Positions 27,825 through 36,158 of a DNA stretch of 64,000 nt are shown piece by piece. Within the stretch, counting starts at the first letter, position 1, and every line of letters starts with the position of its first letter. Location of the stretch: positions 800-64,799 of the forward strand of contig CAZAIK010000003.1 of the NCBI GenBank assembly GCA_964485195.1. The letters are read 5' to 3'. The notes under the pieces were generated by a model. The model worked only from the letters and a program-made list of their open reading frames with translations. It did no database searches and was not told the origin of the DNA. The position numbers were made by a program, and so were the translations under genes. Source of the stretch: an uncultured Methanosarcinales archaeon (lineage in GTDB: Archaea > Nanobdellota > Nanobdellia > Woesearchaeales > CAIVOO01).

Positions 27825-28364
27825 TCAGCTTTCTTTCATTTTGGATGCAAGAAGATAGATAGTGAATACTGCTATCAGCATAAGCACGGCAAAACCCAAA
27901 ACTTTTGGATGGAAAATTGTGGCTCCCACATTGGCTGCCACTCCTGTCTCATTGCCTGCTGGCTGGGTAAGTGAGAGTATTTCTTCTCCGTAAACTATTG
28001 CCACAGCTCCTATTACTATAACCGCGGCAACAATTAATATCCAGTAAAAGGCAGAGCCCTTACCTTCAATGGCTCCTGTTAACCAGTCATCGCTGACTCC
28101 GAACATCTTGTAAATCAGCATAAGGAAAATCAGGAAAATCATTGCCACCACGAAGATTGGAGCCATTACTGCTATCAGCTCAACCAGCTTGGGGGAAAGC
28201 ATGGTCATCACTGCAAGAACGAAGGCGAGCAGGGCGTGCAGACCTTTGTTGTCTGTGAATAATTTTGTAAACTGCAGTATTGCGAATACTGTTACCCACA
28301 CAAAAAGAAAAGCAAAGACTGGCGCAAACGCTTCAACCAGACCGATATCTAAAAAAGTAGCCAT
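27825..28364 (-). CDS. polytopic membrane protein, paralog 3 of a tandem triplet
   Basis: N-terminus MATFLDIGLVEAFAPVFAFLFVWVTVFAILQFTKLF is shared with the two neighbours. 4-5 TM segments. Confidence 0.6.
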   Translation of the reverse strand: MATFLDIGLVEAFAPVFAFLFVWVTVFAILQFTKLFTDNKGLHALLAFVLAVMTMLSPKLVELIAVMAPIFVVAMIFLIFLMLIYKMFGVSDDWLTGAIEGKGSAFYWILIVAAVIVIGAVAIVYGEEILSLTQPAGNETGVAANVGATIFHPKVLGFAVLMLIAVFTIYLLASKMKES

Positions 28365-28372
28365 CTTTCAGA

Positions 28373-28957
28373 TTATTCTCCGCCGCCGAACAATTCACCA
28401 AGCCCTTCTCTGAATTTCTTCCAGGAGCCTTCTCCTTCCCCCTTTTCTCCGCCGGTGATGTACCCAACAACTATGACAAACACAAGTATTATCACTATCA
28501 ATGTTATGGTGCCGGGATCATCCAGCCAGTACAGCCAGTTAGGGAGGTATCCTCTTCCCCACCAGCCTGCGGCATATGTGAAAATTGCCGCCACTATTAT
28601 GATTGCAATAAGGGAAAGCCAGCCCCCTGCTCCTTTGGTAAACTTGGGCTTGGCGCCCCAAAGGCCTATCAACAAGAAGACAGCAAGTATGGCGATGATG
28701 AATAAGGAAACACTTGGAAAAGCCTTGTTCATTATGTTTACCACGTCATTTTCAGAAGGCCTTAGCACGTGAGGGATAACCACAGCCAGTCCTATTATAA
28801 GGGCAATCACCACATTAAACCTTTTGGACTCATCCCCGAAAAGCTTTATCTTTTGCAGAATAGCAAAAATCACTGTGAATACAAGAATAAAAGGAAGCAA
28901 AACATCAGCAACTCCAACATTCTCAAGATAAATTATGACATCCCGGAAAGTTACCAT
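28373..28957 (-). CDS. polytopic membrane protein, paralog 2 of a tandem triplet
   Basis: N-terminus MVTFRDVIIYLENVGVADVLLPFILVFTVIFAILQKIKLFG. 4-5 TM segments and a Gly/Glu-rich tail. Confidence 0.6.
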   Translation of the reverse strand: MVTFRDVIIYLENVGVADVLLPFILVFTVIFAILQKIKLFGDESKRFNVVIALIIGLAVVIPHVLRPSENDVVNIMNKAFPSVSLFIIAILAVFLLIGLWGAKPKFTKGAGGWLSLIAIIIVAAIFTYAAGWWGRGYLPNWLYWLDDPGTITLIVIILVFVIVVGYITGGEKGEGEGSWKKFREGLGELFGGGE

Positions 28958-28963
28958 TCTTTA

Positions 28964-29533
28964 TCACTCCTCGCTCTTTTTTTCCTTTGCTTTTGAAGGC
29001 GTTATTACATAATACATCATTCCTATCACGATAAGTATCATTATTATAGCTCCCACAACTGCACTGTTCCAGTTCTGTGAAATATAATTCCATATTGCTG
29101 AAAGCCAGGTCCCTCCTGATTCTGTAGGAATGGCGTTCAGGAATATCAGCACTATTCCTATGAGCATTACCAGTGAGAAGAATATGAACCATTTATCCTT
29201 CCTTTCAAATGCTAATTCCTCATCCTTTAAAAAAACTCCTATCAGGAGCATGAATAAGAAGCCCAAAAGCAGCAATAAGAACACCTGAGAGACTGCCTGG
29301 TTAATTATGGCTACCAGTTTTGCAGAGCCCACAACCAGGAAGGATACTACGAATGCCACCATTGAATTGAGATTTTTACGAGTATACTTTTTTTCCTTGT
29401 CCTCAAAACCGAAAAGCTTGGTTTTTTCAAGAATTGCGAATACCAGGGTGAAAACAAGCAGGAAAGGCAAAATTACATCATAAATCCCTACCTCTCCGAA
29501 AAAATCAAGAGCTGCCCTAAACGTTGAAGCCAT
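28964..29533 (-). CDS. polytopic membrane protein, paralog 1 of a tandem triplet
   Basis: N-terminus MASTFRAALDFFGEVGIYDVILPFLLVFTLVFAILEKTKLFG. About 5 TM segments. Confidence 0.6.
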   Translation of the reverse strand: MASTFRAALDFFGEVGIYDVILPFLLVFTLVFAILEKTKLFGFEDKEKKYTRKNLNSMVAFVVSFLVVGSAKLVAIINQAVSQVFLLLLLGFLFMLLIGVFLKDEELAFERKDKWFIFFSLVMLIGIVLIFLNAIPTESGGTWLSAIWNYISQNWNSAVVGAIIMILIVIGMMYYVITPSKAKEKKSEE

Positions 29534-29623
29534 AACCTTTTTAAATTAAGTTCCCTATTTAAATCTTACGCTTTTAAATTTTCCAGAAAACCTTTTTAAA
29601 GTGTTTTCTTTTTATTTACTCAT

Positions 29624-30205
29624 ATGATCGAAAAAAAAGACTGGGAAAATCTCAGGAAGAAACTGGGGGATTTTGATGAGAAGAGGGAAAATATCATCAA
29701 GGACTCTGCCAAGGTTATCAAAACCTCCAAACTGCTGATTTACGCCCTTCAGAGAGGGGAATTTAAAGAGGCTGAAAAACTTGAATCACAGATTAAAGAG
29801 GAACTGGAAAAGATGAAAAGCAGGATTCCCGGAAATTCCGAGCTTGAATACCTGCCGGCATACAAAACAGCTGTTCAGGAATATGTGGAAGCTATATCCT
29901 TCCTGATATTTGTAAAGGAAAAAAGGCTGGTGGCAAGGGAAGAATTGAGTGTGGATGCTGAATCTTATCTAATGGGAGTCATAGACCTGACAGGGGAGCT
30001 TGTAAGGAAAGCTGTTAATTTTGCGATATCCAGGGAATACCGGGCTGTTCTGGACATCAAAGAGCTTGTTTCTGAAATCTACAAGGAACTGCTGAAATTC
30101 AACTTCAGGAACAGCCCTCTCAGGAAAAAGTTTGATTCAGTCAAGTACAACCTTAAGAAACTGGAAGATTTAGTTTACGACCTGAAGACAAAGGGGCTGG
30201 TATGA
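29624..30205 (+). CDS. translin-family protein
   Basis: YLMGVIDLTGELVRKAV and C-terminal LRKKFDSVKYNLKKLEDLVYDL match translin family hallmarks. Confidence 0.7.
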   Translation: MIEKKDWENLRKKLGDFDEKRENIIKDSAKVIKTSKLLIYALQRGEFKEAEKLESQIKEELEKMKSRIPGNSELEYLPAYKTAVQEYVEAISFLIFVKEKRLVAREELSVDAESYLMGVIDLTGELVRKAVNFAISREYRAVLDIKELVSEIYKELLKFNFRNSPLRKKFDSVKYNLKKLEDLVYDLKTKGLV

Positions 30206-30870
30206 AAGAATTCAAGCTTAACGGAATTATCATAAAATGGCTCGGCCACGATTCCTTTGATATAGATTATACAAAAAAGATTTACCTGGACCCTTACAAG
30301 ATTCAGGAAGCAAGAAAGGACGCAGACCTTATTCTCGTATCGCACGAGCATTTTGACCATTTCAGCCCTGAAGATATCAGGAAACTTGTAAATGAAAACA
30401 CAACCATCCTGCTCACTCCTGACTGCCTCAGCAAGCTGGCAAGGTTTGTGGAAAAAGGCAAGACAGTTACAGTAAGGCCCGGAGATAAAATACAGGTTGG
30501 CGAGAAGATAAGTGTTGAGGTATTGCCTGCCTATAATATAAACAAGTTCAGGGCGCCCAACCTGCCTTTCCATCCAAGGCAGAATGAATGGGTCGGCTAC
30601 CTTATAGACATTGACGGAACAAGGATATACTTTGCAGGAGACACAGATTACGTTCCTGAATTGAGAAGCCTGAAAAACATAGACGTCGCTCTCATCCCTG
30701 TATCAGGCACTTACGTGATGACCGCGGACGAGGCAGCAGAGCTTGCAAATTCCATACACCCAATATATGCCATTCCCATGCATTATGGAGATATCATAGG
30801 CACGGTTGAGAACGCGGAACGCTTCAAGAAGCTTACCAGGACAGAAGTTGTCATTCTTGAAAAAGCATGA
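30202..30870 (+). CDS. metallo-beta-lactamase-fold hydrolase
   Basis: The HxHxDH motif is VSHEHFDHF. ATGA overlap with the translin gene. Confidence 0.8.
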   Translation: MKEFKLNGIIIKWLGHDSFDIDYTKKIYLDPYKIQEARKDADLILVSHEHFDHFSPEDIRKLVNENTTILLTPDCLSKLARFVEKGKTVTVRPGDKIQVGEKISVEVLPAYNINKFRAPNLPFHPRQNEWVGYLIDIDGTRIYFAGDTDYVPELRSLKNIDVALIPVSGTYVMTADEAAELANSIHPIYAIPMHYGDIIGTVENAERFKKLTRTEVVILEKA

Positions 30871-30880
30871 GATGGATAAA

Positions 30881-32017
30881 TTAACTTCCTACTTCAATAA
30901 GTGTCCCTTCTTCAAGCCTGAAAATTCCTATTTCTCTTATCATCCTGTCGCCTTTGCTGTCGATTGTTATCTCCCCCGAGCTTCCCTTATACTTTTTGAT
31001 ATTATAAAAAAATTTTTTAATAGCTTCTATATCATATCCTTTCTTTTCCACCCCTTCTTTTATAAGGTGGATGGAATCATAAGCAGCAGACTCCCACATG
31101 GGAATCATTGGATATTCCCCAGAATGCTCCCTGAATTTTTCCTTGAATTCCTCTGTGTCCGAGGATTTAATCATGGCGCAGGTTAAATTTTCATATTTAA
31201 CCTCATACCCGCCCAAGGGAGTGTTGCAGACTGTCTCATCCCCCACAACTGGAAGCTGGACATTCATTTGCTTCATTTGTTTTGTTGTTCTTAAAACTTC
31301 TTCAGGACCATCACATATCAGGATGACTGCATCGGGTTTTTTGTTTTTTATCTTGGTAATTTGTGTTCTAATATCCTTTTCTTCAGGAAAGTAGCTTTCC
31401 TGAGCCACAATGTTAATATCGCTGTCATTCAATACTTCTTTGAACTTCTTAAGATAGGACTCCCCATATTCGCTCTGGGAATAAAGGACGCCTATCCTTT
31501 CAAATTGGGATTCTTTAATATAAACTGCGTGGGCTGAAGCTGTGGAAACAGCGGATTTCCCAAACCTGAAAACATAATCGCCTGCAGCACTTATTTTAGG
31601 GGACCAGGCTGTTGTCAAAAGCAAAACCCTATTCTCGTTTGCCAACGGGGCAATGGCTAAAGTTTCAGCGCTTAGCCCGCTTATTATTATCCTTACACCA
31701 TCCACGTTAATGAGCTTCCTTGCTGATGAGACTGCTCCTTTTGGCGAGCCCTTGCTGTCCTCATAAATTATCCTCAATTTTTTCCCTTTAATCCCTCCTC
31801 TTGAATTTATTTCTTTTGCTGCAATTTCTGATGCTTTTTTTAGTTGAACAGCATAGTCCGCTGCAGGGCCTGAAAGGGCTGTGGTTAACCCTATCTTTAT
31901 CTCCTCTTCTTCTACGTTTTTAACATAATAGCCAGATTTTGGAGGGTTTATTACCATGGCTATTGCCGCTATTATGAGTATGATTCCAATTATTCCATAA
32001 ACCAGTTTCCTCTTCAT
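30881..32017 (-). CDS. LivJ-type (Peripla_BP_6) ABC substrate-binding protein, membrane-anchored, orphan
   Basis: N-terminal TM, IGLTTALSGPAADYAVQLKKASEIAAKEINSRGGIKGKKL. No permease or ATPase gene nearby. Confidence 0.75.
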   Translation of the reverse strand: MKRKLVYGIIGIILIIAAIAMVINPPKSGYYVKNVEEEEIKIGLTTALSGPAADYAVQLKKASEIAAKEINSRGGIKGKKLRIIYEDSKGSPKGAVSSARKLINVDGVRIIISGLSAETLAIAPLANENRVLLLTTAWSPKISAAGDYVFRFGKSAVSTASAHAVYIKESQFERIGVLYSQSEYGESYLKKFKEVLNDSDINIVAQESYFPEEKDIRTQITKIKNKKPDAVILICDGPEEVLRTTKQMKQMNVQLPVVGDETVCNTPLGGYEVKYENLTCAMIKSSDTEEFKEKFREHSGEYPMIPMWESAAYDSIHLIKEGVEKKGYDIEAIKKFFYNIKKYKGSSGEITIDSKGDRMIREIGIFRLEEGTLIEVGS

Positions 32018-32084
32018 TTTTCCGTTACTACATGGTGAAAAAGGGAAATACTTAAGTATGACCTACCACTTGGTATGTAGCAAT

Positions 32085-32846
32085 ATGAAATACGCAGAGC
32101 TGGAAGGTATAGGCCTGACAAAAAGCGAAATCCTGGTGTATACTGCCCTGCTCAGGATAGGCTCCTCTGCCACAGGCAGAATCGTGAAGGAAGCAGGAAT
32201 CTCCAGCGGCAAGATATATGAAATCCTGGACAAGCTAATTGAGAAAGGCCTGGTAAGCTATATCCTGAAAAACAATGTTAAGTATTTCTCTGCCTCAGAC
32301 CCCCATAAAATAAAAGAATATGTGGAGAAACAAAAGAGGGAGGTTGAGAAAAAGGAAGAGCAGATTAACAAGCTTCTTCCTGAACTGGAAAAACTTAAAA
32401 AACTAAAAGAAGAAGAGTATTCAGCTGAAATTCTTATGGGCGTGGGAGGGTTTAAGACTGCTCTGATGTCTGTGGCTGAAGCCCTGCCAAAAAACTCCGA
32501 ATTTCTTTCTCTTGGAGGAAGTGGAGTAAGAAGAACAAATATCAATATTATCTGGAAAAAAACTTCACGAATATTAAATAAAAAAAAGATAAAAGCAAGG
32601 TTTATTGTAACTGAGATATCAAAAGAATCAAAAAAAGAATTACAAAACTATGTGAGGGAATATCCAAATTTCAATCATAGGTTTTTGCCGGGATTTCACC
32701 TAGCGCCTGTAATTGTGGGGGAGGATAGAACACTGATTATAAACTTTGAACATTTGAGCGTGATAGTTATAAAAAGCAAAACAATCGCAGAGCAGTTCCG
32801 GTTCTTTTTTGAATCCCTTTGGAAGATAGCTGCTGGCCCTTCTTAG
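32085..32846 (+). CDS. TrmB-family transcriptional regulator
   Basis: Winged helix LTKSEILVYTALLRIGSSATGRIVKEAGISSGKIYEILDKLIEKGLV. Confidence 0.8.
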   Translation: MKYAELEGIGLTKSEILVYTALLRIGSSATGRIVKEAGISSGKIYEILDKLIEKGLVSYILKNNVKYFSASDPHKIKEYVEKQKREVEKKEEQINKLLPELEKLKKLKEEEYSAEILMGVGGFKTALMSVAEALPKNSEFLSLGGSGVRRTNINIIWKKTSRILNKKKIKARFIVTEISKESKKELQNYVREYPNFNHRFLPGFHLAPVIVGEDRTLIINFEHLSVIVIKSKTIAEQFRFFFESLWKIAAGPS

Positions 32847-32891
32847 CTTTTTAAAGAAAACTTAATAAATAACCATTAAAAAGAATCCCTT

Positions 32892-34631
32892 ATGAGAAGG
32901 ACTCACACTTGCGGAGAGCTGACCAAGAAGCATATAGACAAGAAAGTGCTTCTTCAGGGCTGGGTGGCTACCCGAAGGGATCACGGAAGCCTGATCTTTA
33001 TTGACTTGAGGGACAGGTACGGCTTCACCCAGCTGGTAATTAATCCTGAAAAAGTTCCTGCTGCGAAGGACTTCAAAAGGGAATATGTTGTTGAAATTGA
33101 GGGCAAGGTAAAACAAAGAAAAAAGGGAACTGAAAAAGGAGACTGGCCCACAGGGGAGATAGAGGTTCATTGTGACAGGGCAGAAGTCCTTAATGTTTCT
33201 GAAGTGCCTCCCATTGAAATTGAGGACAGGGCAGTTGCAGGGGAGGAGCCAAGACTGAAGCACAGGTATCTTGACTTGCGAAGGCCGGTGATGCAGCACA
33301 CTCTTATTTTCAGGCACGCAGTTGCCCAGGCTGTCAGAAGGTTTTTCCACGAGAACAAGTTTGTGGAGATAGAAACCCCCTTCCTGATAAGGTCAACTCC
33401 TGAGGGAGCCCGCGATTTCATAGTGCCCAGCAGGATAAACCCTGGCAAGATATACTCATTGCCCCAGTCGCCGCAGCTTTACAAGCAGATCCTGATGGTG
33501 GCCGGCTTTGACAGGTATTTCCAGCTTCCGAGATGTATGAGAGATGAGGACCTGAGAGCGGACAGGCAGCCGGAATTCACCCAGATTGATGTTGAGATGA
33601 GCTTTGTGGAAGAAAGTGATATCTATGAAACTTTTGACAACCTTTTCCATTATGTTTTCAAAGAAACCCTGGGGATAGAGCTGAAAAAACCATTTCCCAG
33701 AATGCCTTACAAGGAGGCAATGGAAAAATACGGCACTGACAAGCCAGACATAAGGTTCGGGATGGAGCTAGAGGATGTTACGAACATTCTCAAGAAATCT
33801 GATTTCGAGGTTTTCAAGAACGCGCCTTTAGTAAAATGCATTAATGCAGAGAAATGCGCAACTTTCACCAAGTCCGAGCTGAACAAATTGACAGAGCTTG
33901 CAAAGATATACAAGGCAAAGGGCCTGGTAACTATGAAAATAAAAGAGGGCAAGATTGAATCAAATGTTGCCAAATACCTTTCCGAAGTTGAGCAGAAAGA
34001 GCTGCTGAAAAAAACAAGGGCGAAAGATGGCGACCTGCTGCTGATAGTCGCTGATAACTTCAAGATAACAAATGCCGCCCTGGCAGCCGTAAGAAATGAG
34101 CTGGGCAAGAAGCTTCAGATGTATGACCCAAAGGACTTTGCATTCTGCTGGATTGTAGACTTCCCCCTTTTTAAGTGGAATGAGGAAGAGGAAAAATGGG
34201 ACCCTTCCCATCACATATTCACAATGCCCAAAAAAGAGCATCTTCAATATCTTGAAAAAGACCCTTCGAAGGTGCACGCCCAGTGCTATGATTTGGTTCT
34301 TAACGGCTGGGAGATAGGCTCCGGCTCAATCAGGATACATAGGGCAGACATTCAGGAGAGGGTTATGAAGGTAATCGGGCTGGACAAGAAAGATGCTGAG
34401 AAAAAATTCGGGTTTTTGCTTGAGGCCTTCAAGTATGGAGCGCCCCCTCACGGTGGGTTTGCCCCAGGATTTGACAGGCTGGTGGCCCTGATGCTTGGCT
34501 ATCACGACATAAGGGAGGTTATAGCCTTTCCGAAAAACAAGAATATGGAGATGCCAATGGACGGCTCTCCCAACATTCCTGACGAGAAAACATTAAAAGA
34601 ACTGCATATGAAATTCACTACAGGAAAATAA
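32892..34631 (+). CDS. aspS: aspartyl-tRNA synthetase, bacterial type with insertion (GAD) domain
   Basis: MRRTHTCGEL...LQGWV...RDHGSLIFIDLRD, motif 2 FRDEDLRADRQPEFTQID-like region, motif 3 GGFAPGFDRL. 579 aa. Confidence 0.92.
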   Translation: MRRTHTCGELTKKHIDKKVLLQGWVATRRDHGSLIFIDLRDRYGFTQLVINPEKVPAAKDFKREYVVEIEGKVKQRKKGTEKGDWPTGEIEVHCDRAEVLNVSEVPPIEIEDRAVAGEEPRLKHRYLDLRRPVMQHTLIFRHAVAQAVRRFFHENKFVEIETPFLIRSTPEGARDFIVPSRINPGKIYSLPQSPQLYKQILMVAGFDRYFQLPRCMRDEDLRADRQPEFTQIDVEMSFVEESDIYETFDNLFHYVFKETLGIELKKPFPRMPYKEAMEKYGTDKPDIRFGMELEDVTNILKKSDFEVFKNAPLVKCINAEKCATFTKSELNKLTELAKIYKAKGLVTMKIKEGKIESNVAKYLSEVEQKELLKKTRAKDGDLLLIVADNFKITNAALAAVRNELGKKLQMYDPKDFAFCWIVDFPLFKWNEEEEKWDPSHHIFTMPKKEHLQYLEKDPSKVHAQCYDLVLNGWEIGSGSIRIHRADIQERVMKVIGLDKKDAEKKFGFLLEAFKYGAPPHGGFAPGFDRLVALMLGYHDIREVIAFPKNKNMEMPMDGSPNIPDEKTLKELHMKFTTGK

Positions 34632-34985
34632 TCATTTTAGTTCTTTAAGCTTCATCTCTATATCCTTGAGCTCCTGTTCCAAATCCCCAAGCTCCTTTTT
34701 TCCCTTGGCTGCCTTTTTCTTAGTAACCGGCTTTTTCTCTTCCGGCACTGAAACCTTTTTCTTCAGCTTGACCTGGGGAAGCTCCTTTTTCAGCCTTGAT
34801 ATGAGCTCGTTAATTTCCTTGAAGTTGGTTCTTATCCTATTCACCAAATCCTGCTTTTTGTCGTGCCTCAGCTTAAAAGCCTCATATTTCTGCAACGCCA
34901 GGACAACCTTCCTGGAGGTTTCCAGAATGTTCTTCCTGGTCTGCACAGGTTCCCTCACATTGACATAATAAACTTCTTCTTCCAT
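34632..34985 (-). CDS. coiled-coil protein (third of a co-oriented trio)
   Basis: 117 aa. It starts 1 nt after the upstream stop. The tail is K/E-rich. Confidence 0.5.
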   Translation of the reverse strand: MEEEVYYVNVREPVQTRKNILETSRKVVLALQKYEAFKLRHDKKQDLVNRIRTNFKEINELISRLKKELPQVKLKKKVSVPEEKKPVTKKKAAKGKKELGDLEQELKDIEMKLKELK

Positions 34986-34986
34986 C

Positions 34987-35208
34987 CTATACCTTCAGCA
35001 AGCTTTTGTCAATTCCATCAATCCTTCGCTCTATCTCTTCAAGTTCTGCTGACCATTCCTCTATTTCAGCATCTTCCTCAGCTTTTATCTGGCTTATCCT
35101 GCCAAGCATTTCCTTCCCTTCCTTTACTTTTCCCTTCAGCACCTGAACAATGTCAAGCACGTTCTTGTATTCATCTATCTTAACAAAAACCGGCGCTTTA
35201 TCTTCCAT
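34987..35208 (-). CDS. small coiled-coil protein, paralogous to the C-terminus of the 258-aa neighbour
   Basis: APVFVKIDEY...EEWSAELEEIERRIDGID parallels APLFINVNAY...EKWRDFLEDIERKLLKID. Confidence 0.5.
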   Translation of the reverse strand: MEDKAPVFVKIDEYKNVLDIVQVLKGKVKEGKEMLGRISQIKAEEDAEIEEWSAELEEIERRIDGIDKSLLKV

Positions 35209-35252
35209 TTTAACCTCCTCGAGCTTTAGTGAGAGGAGACCAGCAAATGTCT

Positions 35253-36029
35253 CTAGGCATTTGCGCTGCCTCCCTCTTCAAACATCATATAGTCAATTTT
35301 CAGCAATTTGCGCTCAATGTCCTCCAAAAAATCCCTCCATTTCTCCATCTGCTCATTTTTTTTGTTTTTTAATTCCACAAGGTGGCTGGCAGCTGACGAG
35401 TACTCATTCAATTTTGACTTTGTGGCGTTGAGCTGTCCCATCATCTGCGAATATGCATTTACATTGATGAACAGCGGTGCCTTTTTCCCTGGCTTGTAGC
35501 TTGTCGGCTCTTCAAGTTCAGGAAGCTCTTCAGGAACCCTTTCCTTCTTTACTTTCTCAATTTCCGGAAGGTATTCTGGCACTTCCTCTGCTTTTTTTAT
35601 TTTCCCTATCTCTGGCAGTCGCTCAGGGATTTCATCAAGCTCTTCCTTTTTCTCAGCTCCTATTTCAGGAAGCTCAATCTCAGGCAGTTCCATCTTTTTC
35701 TCAGGCTTTGCTGCTTCTTTTTCAGCTTTTGGAAGAGAGGCTGTGTGAACTGCTTCCCTTTCCTTGGGTGCCGGTGTTATTTCAGGAACCTCCAACTTGG
35801 GAATTTCCGGGAATAAAGGACCCTTTTCTTTCCCTTTTGCTTCAGGAGCTTTCTTTTCAAGGTCGTCAACGTGCTTTCTTGAGGGCTCTGGAACAGGGAT
35901 TTGTGACGGTTGAGGTGAAGCTGACTGGGCTCCCTGCGGCTGCATTTTTAACGATGCCGGCGGCTTTGGAGGCTCAGGCATACTTTTAGATCTTTCTTTC
36001 TTCTTTTTTAAGAAATCAAATAACGCCAT
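35253..36029 (-). CDS. low-complexity protein with N-terminal amphipathic MALFDFLKKKK, (L/V)PE(I/L) repeats and a C-terminal coiled-coil domain
   Basis: Repeated FPEIPKLEVPEI, LPEIELPEIG, RLPEIGKI, YLPEIEKV and LPELEEP. The C-terminal domain is shared with the 73-aa ORF. Confidence 0.55.
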   Translation of the reverse strand: MALFDFLKKKKERSKSMPEPPKPPASLKMQPQGAQSASPQPSQIPVPEPSRKHVDDLEKKAPEAKGKEKGPLFPEIPKLEVPEITPAPKEREAVHTASLPKAEKEAAKPEKKMELPEIELPEIGAEKKEELDEIPERLPEIGKIKKAEEVPEYLPEIEKVKKERVPEELPELEEPTSYKPGKKAPLFINVNAYSQMMGQLNATKSKLNEYSSAASHLVELKNKKNEQMEKWRDFLEDIERKLLKIDYMMFEEGGSANA

Positions 36030-36158
36030 CTTTTACCCCCAGACAGGTAGGCATATACTGCATATATAAATGTTTGTAAGTATTGTTAAGTGGTTATCTC
36101 TTTGTTGTCCTTCTCACCACTTATTAAATTCATATAATCAAAAAATGAACCTGTTCTT

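Noticed and set aside
35477-35989. 170-aa plus-strand ORF opposite the PE(I/L)-repeat gene
   Set aside because: It is an antisense product of a repetitive purine-rich region. The minus-strand gene shares a paralogous domain with its neighbour, which supports that strand.
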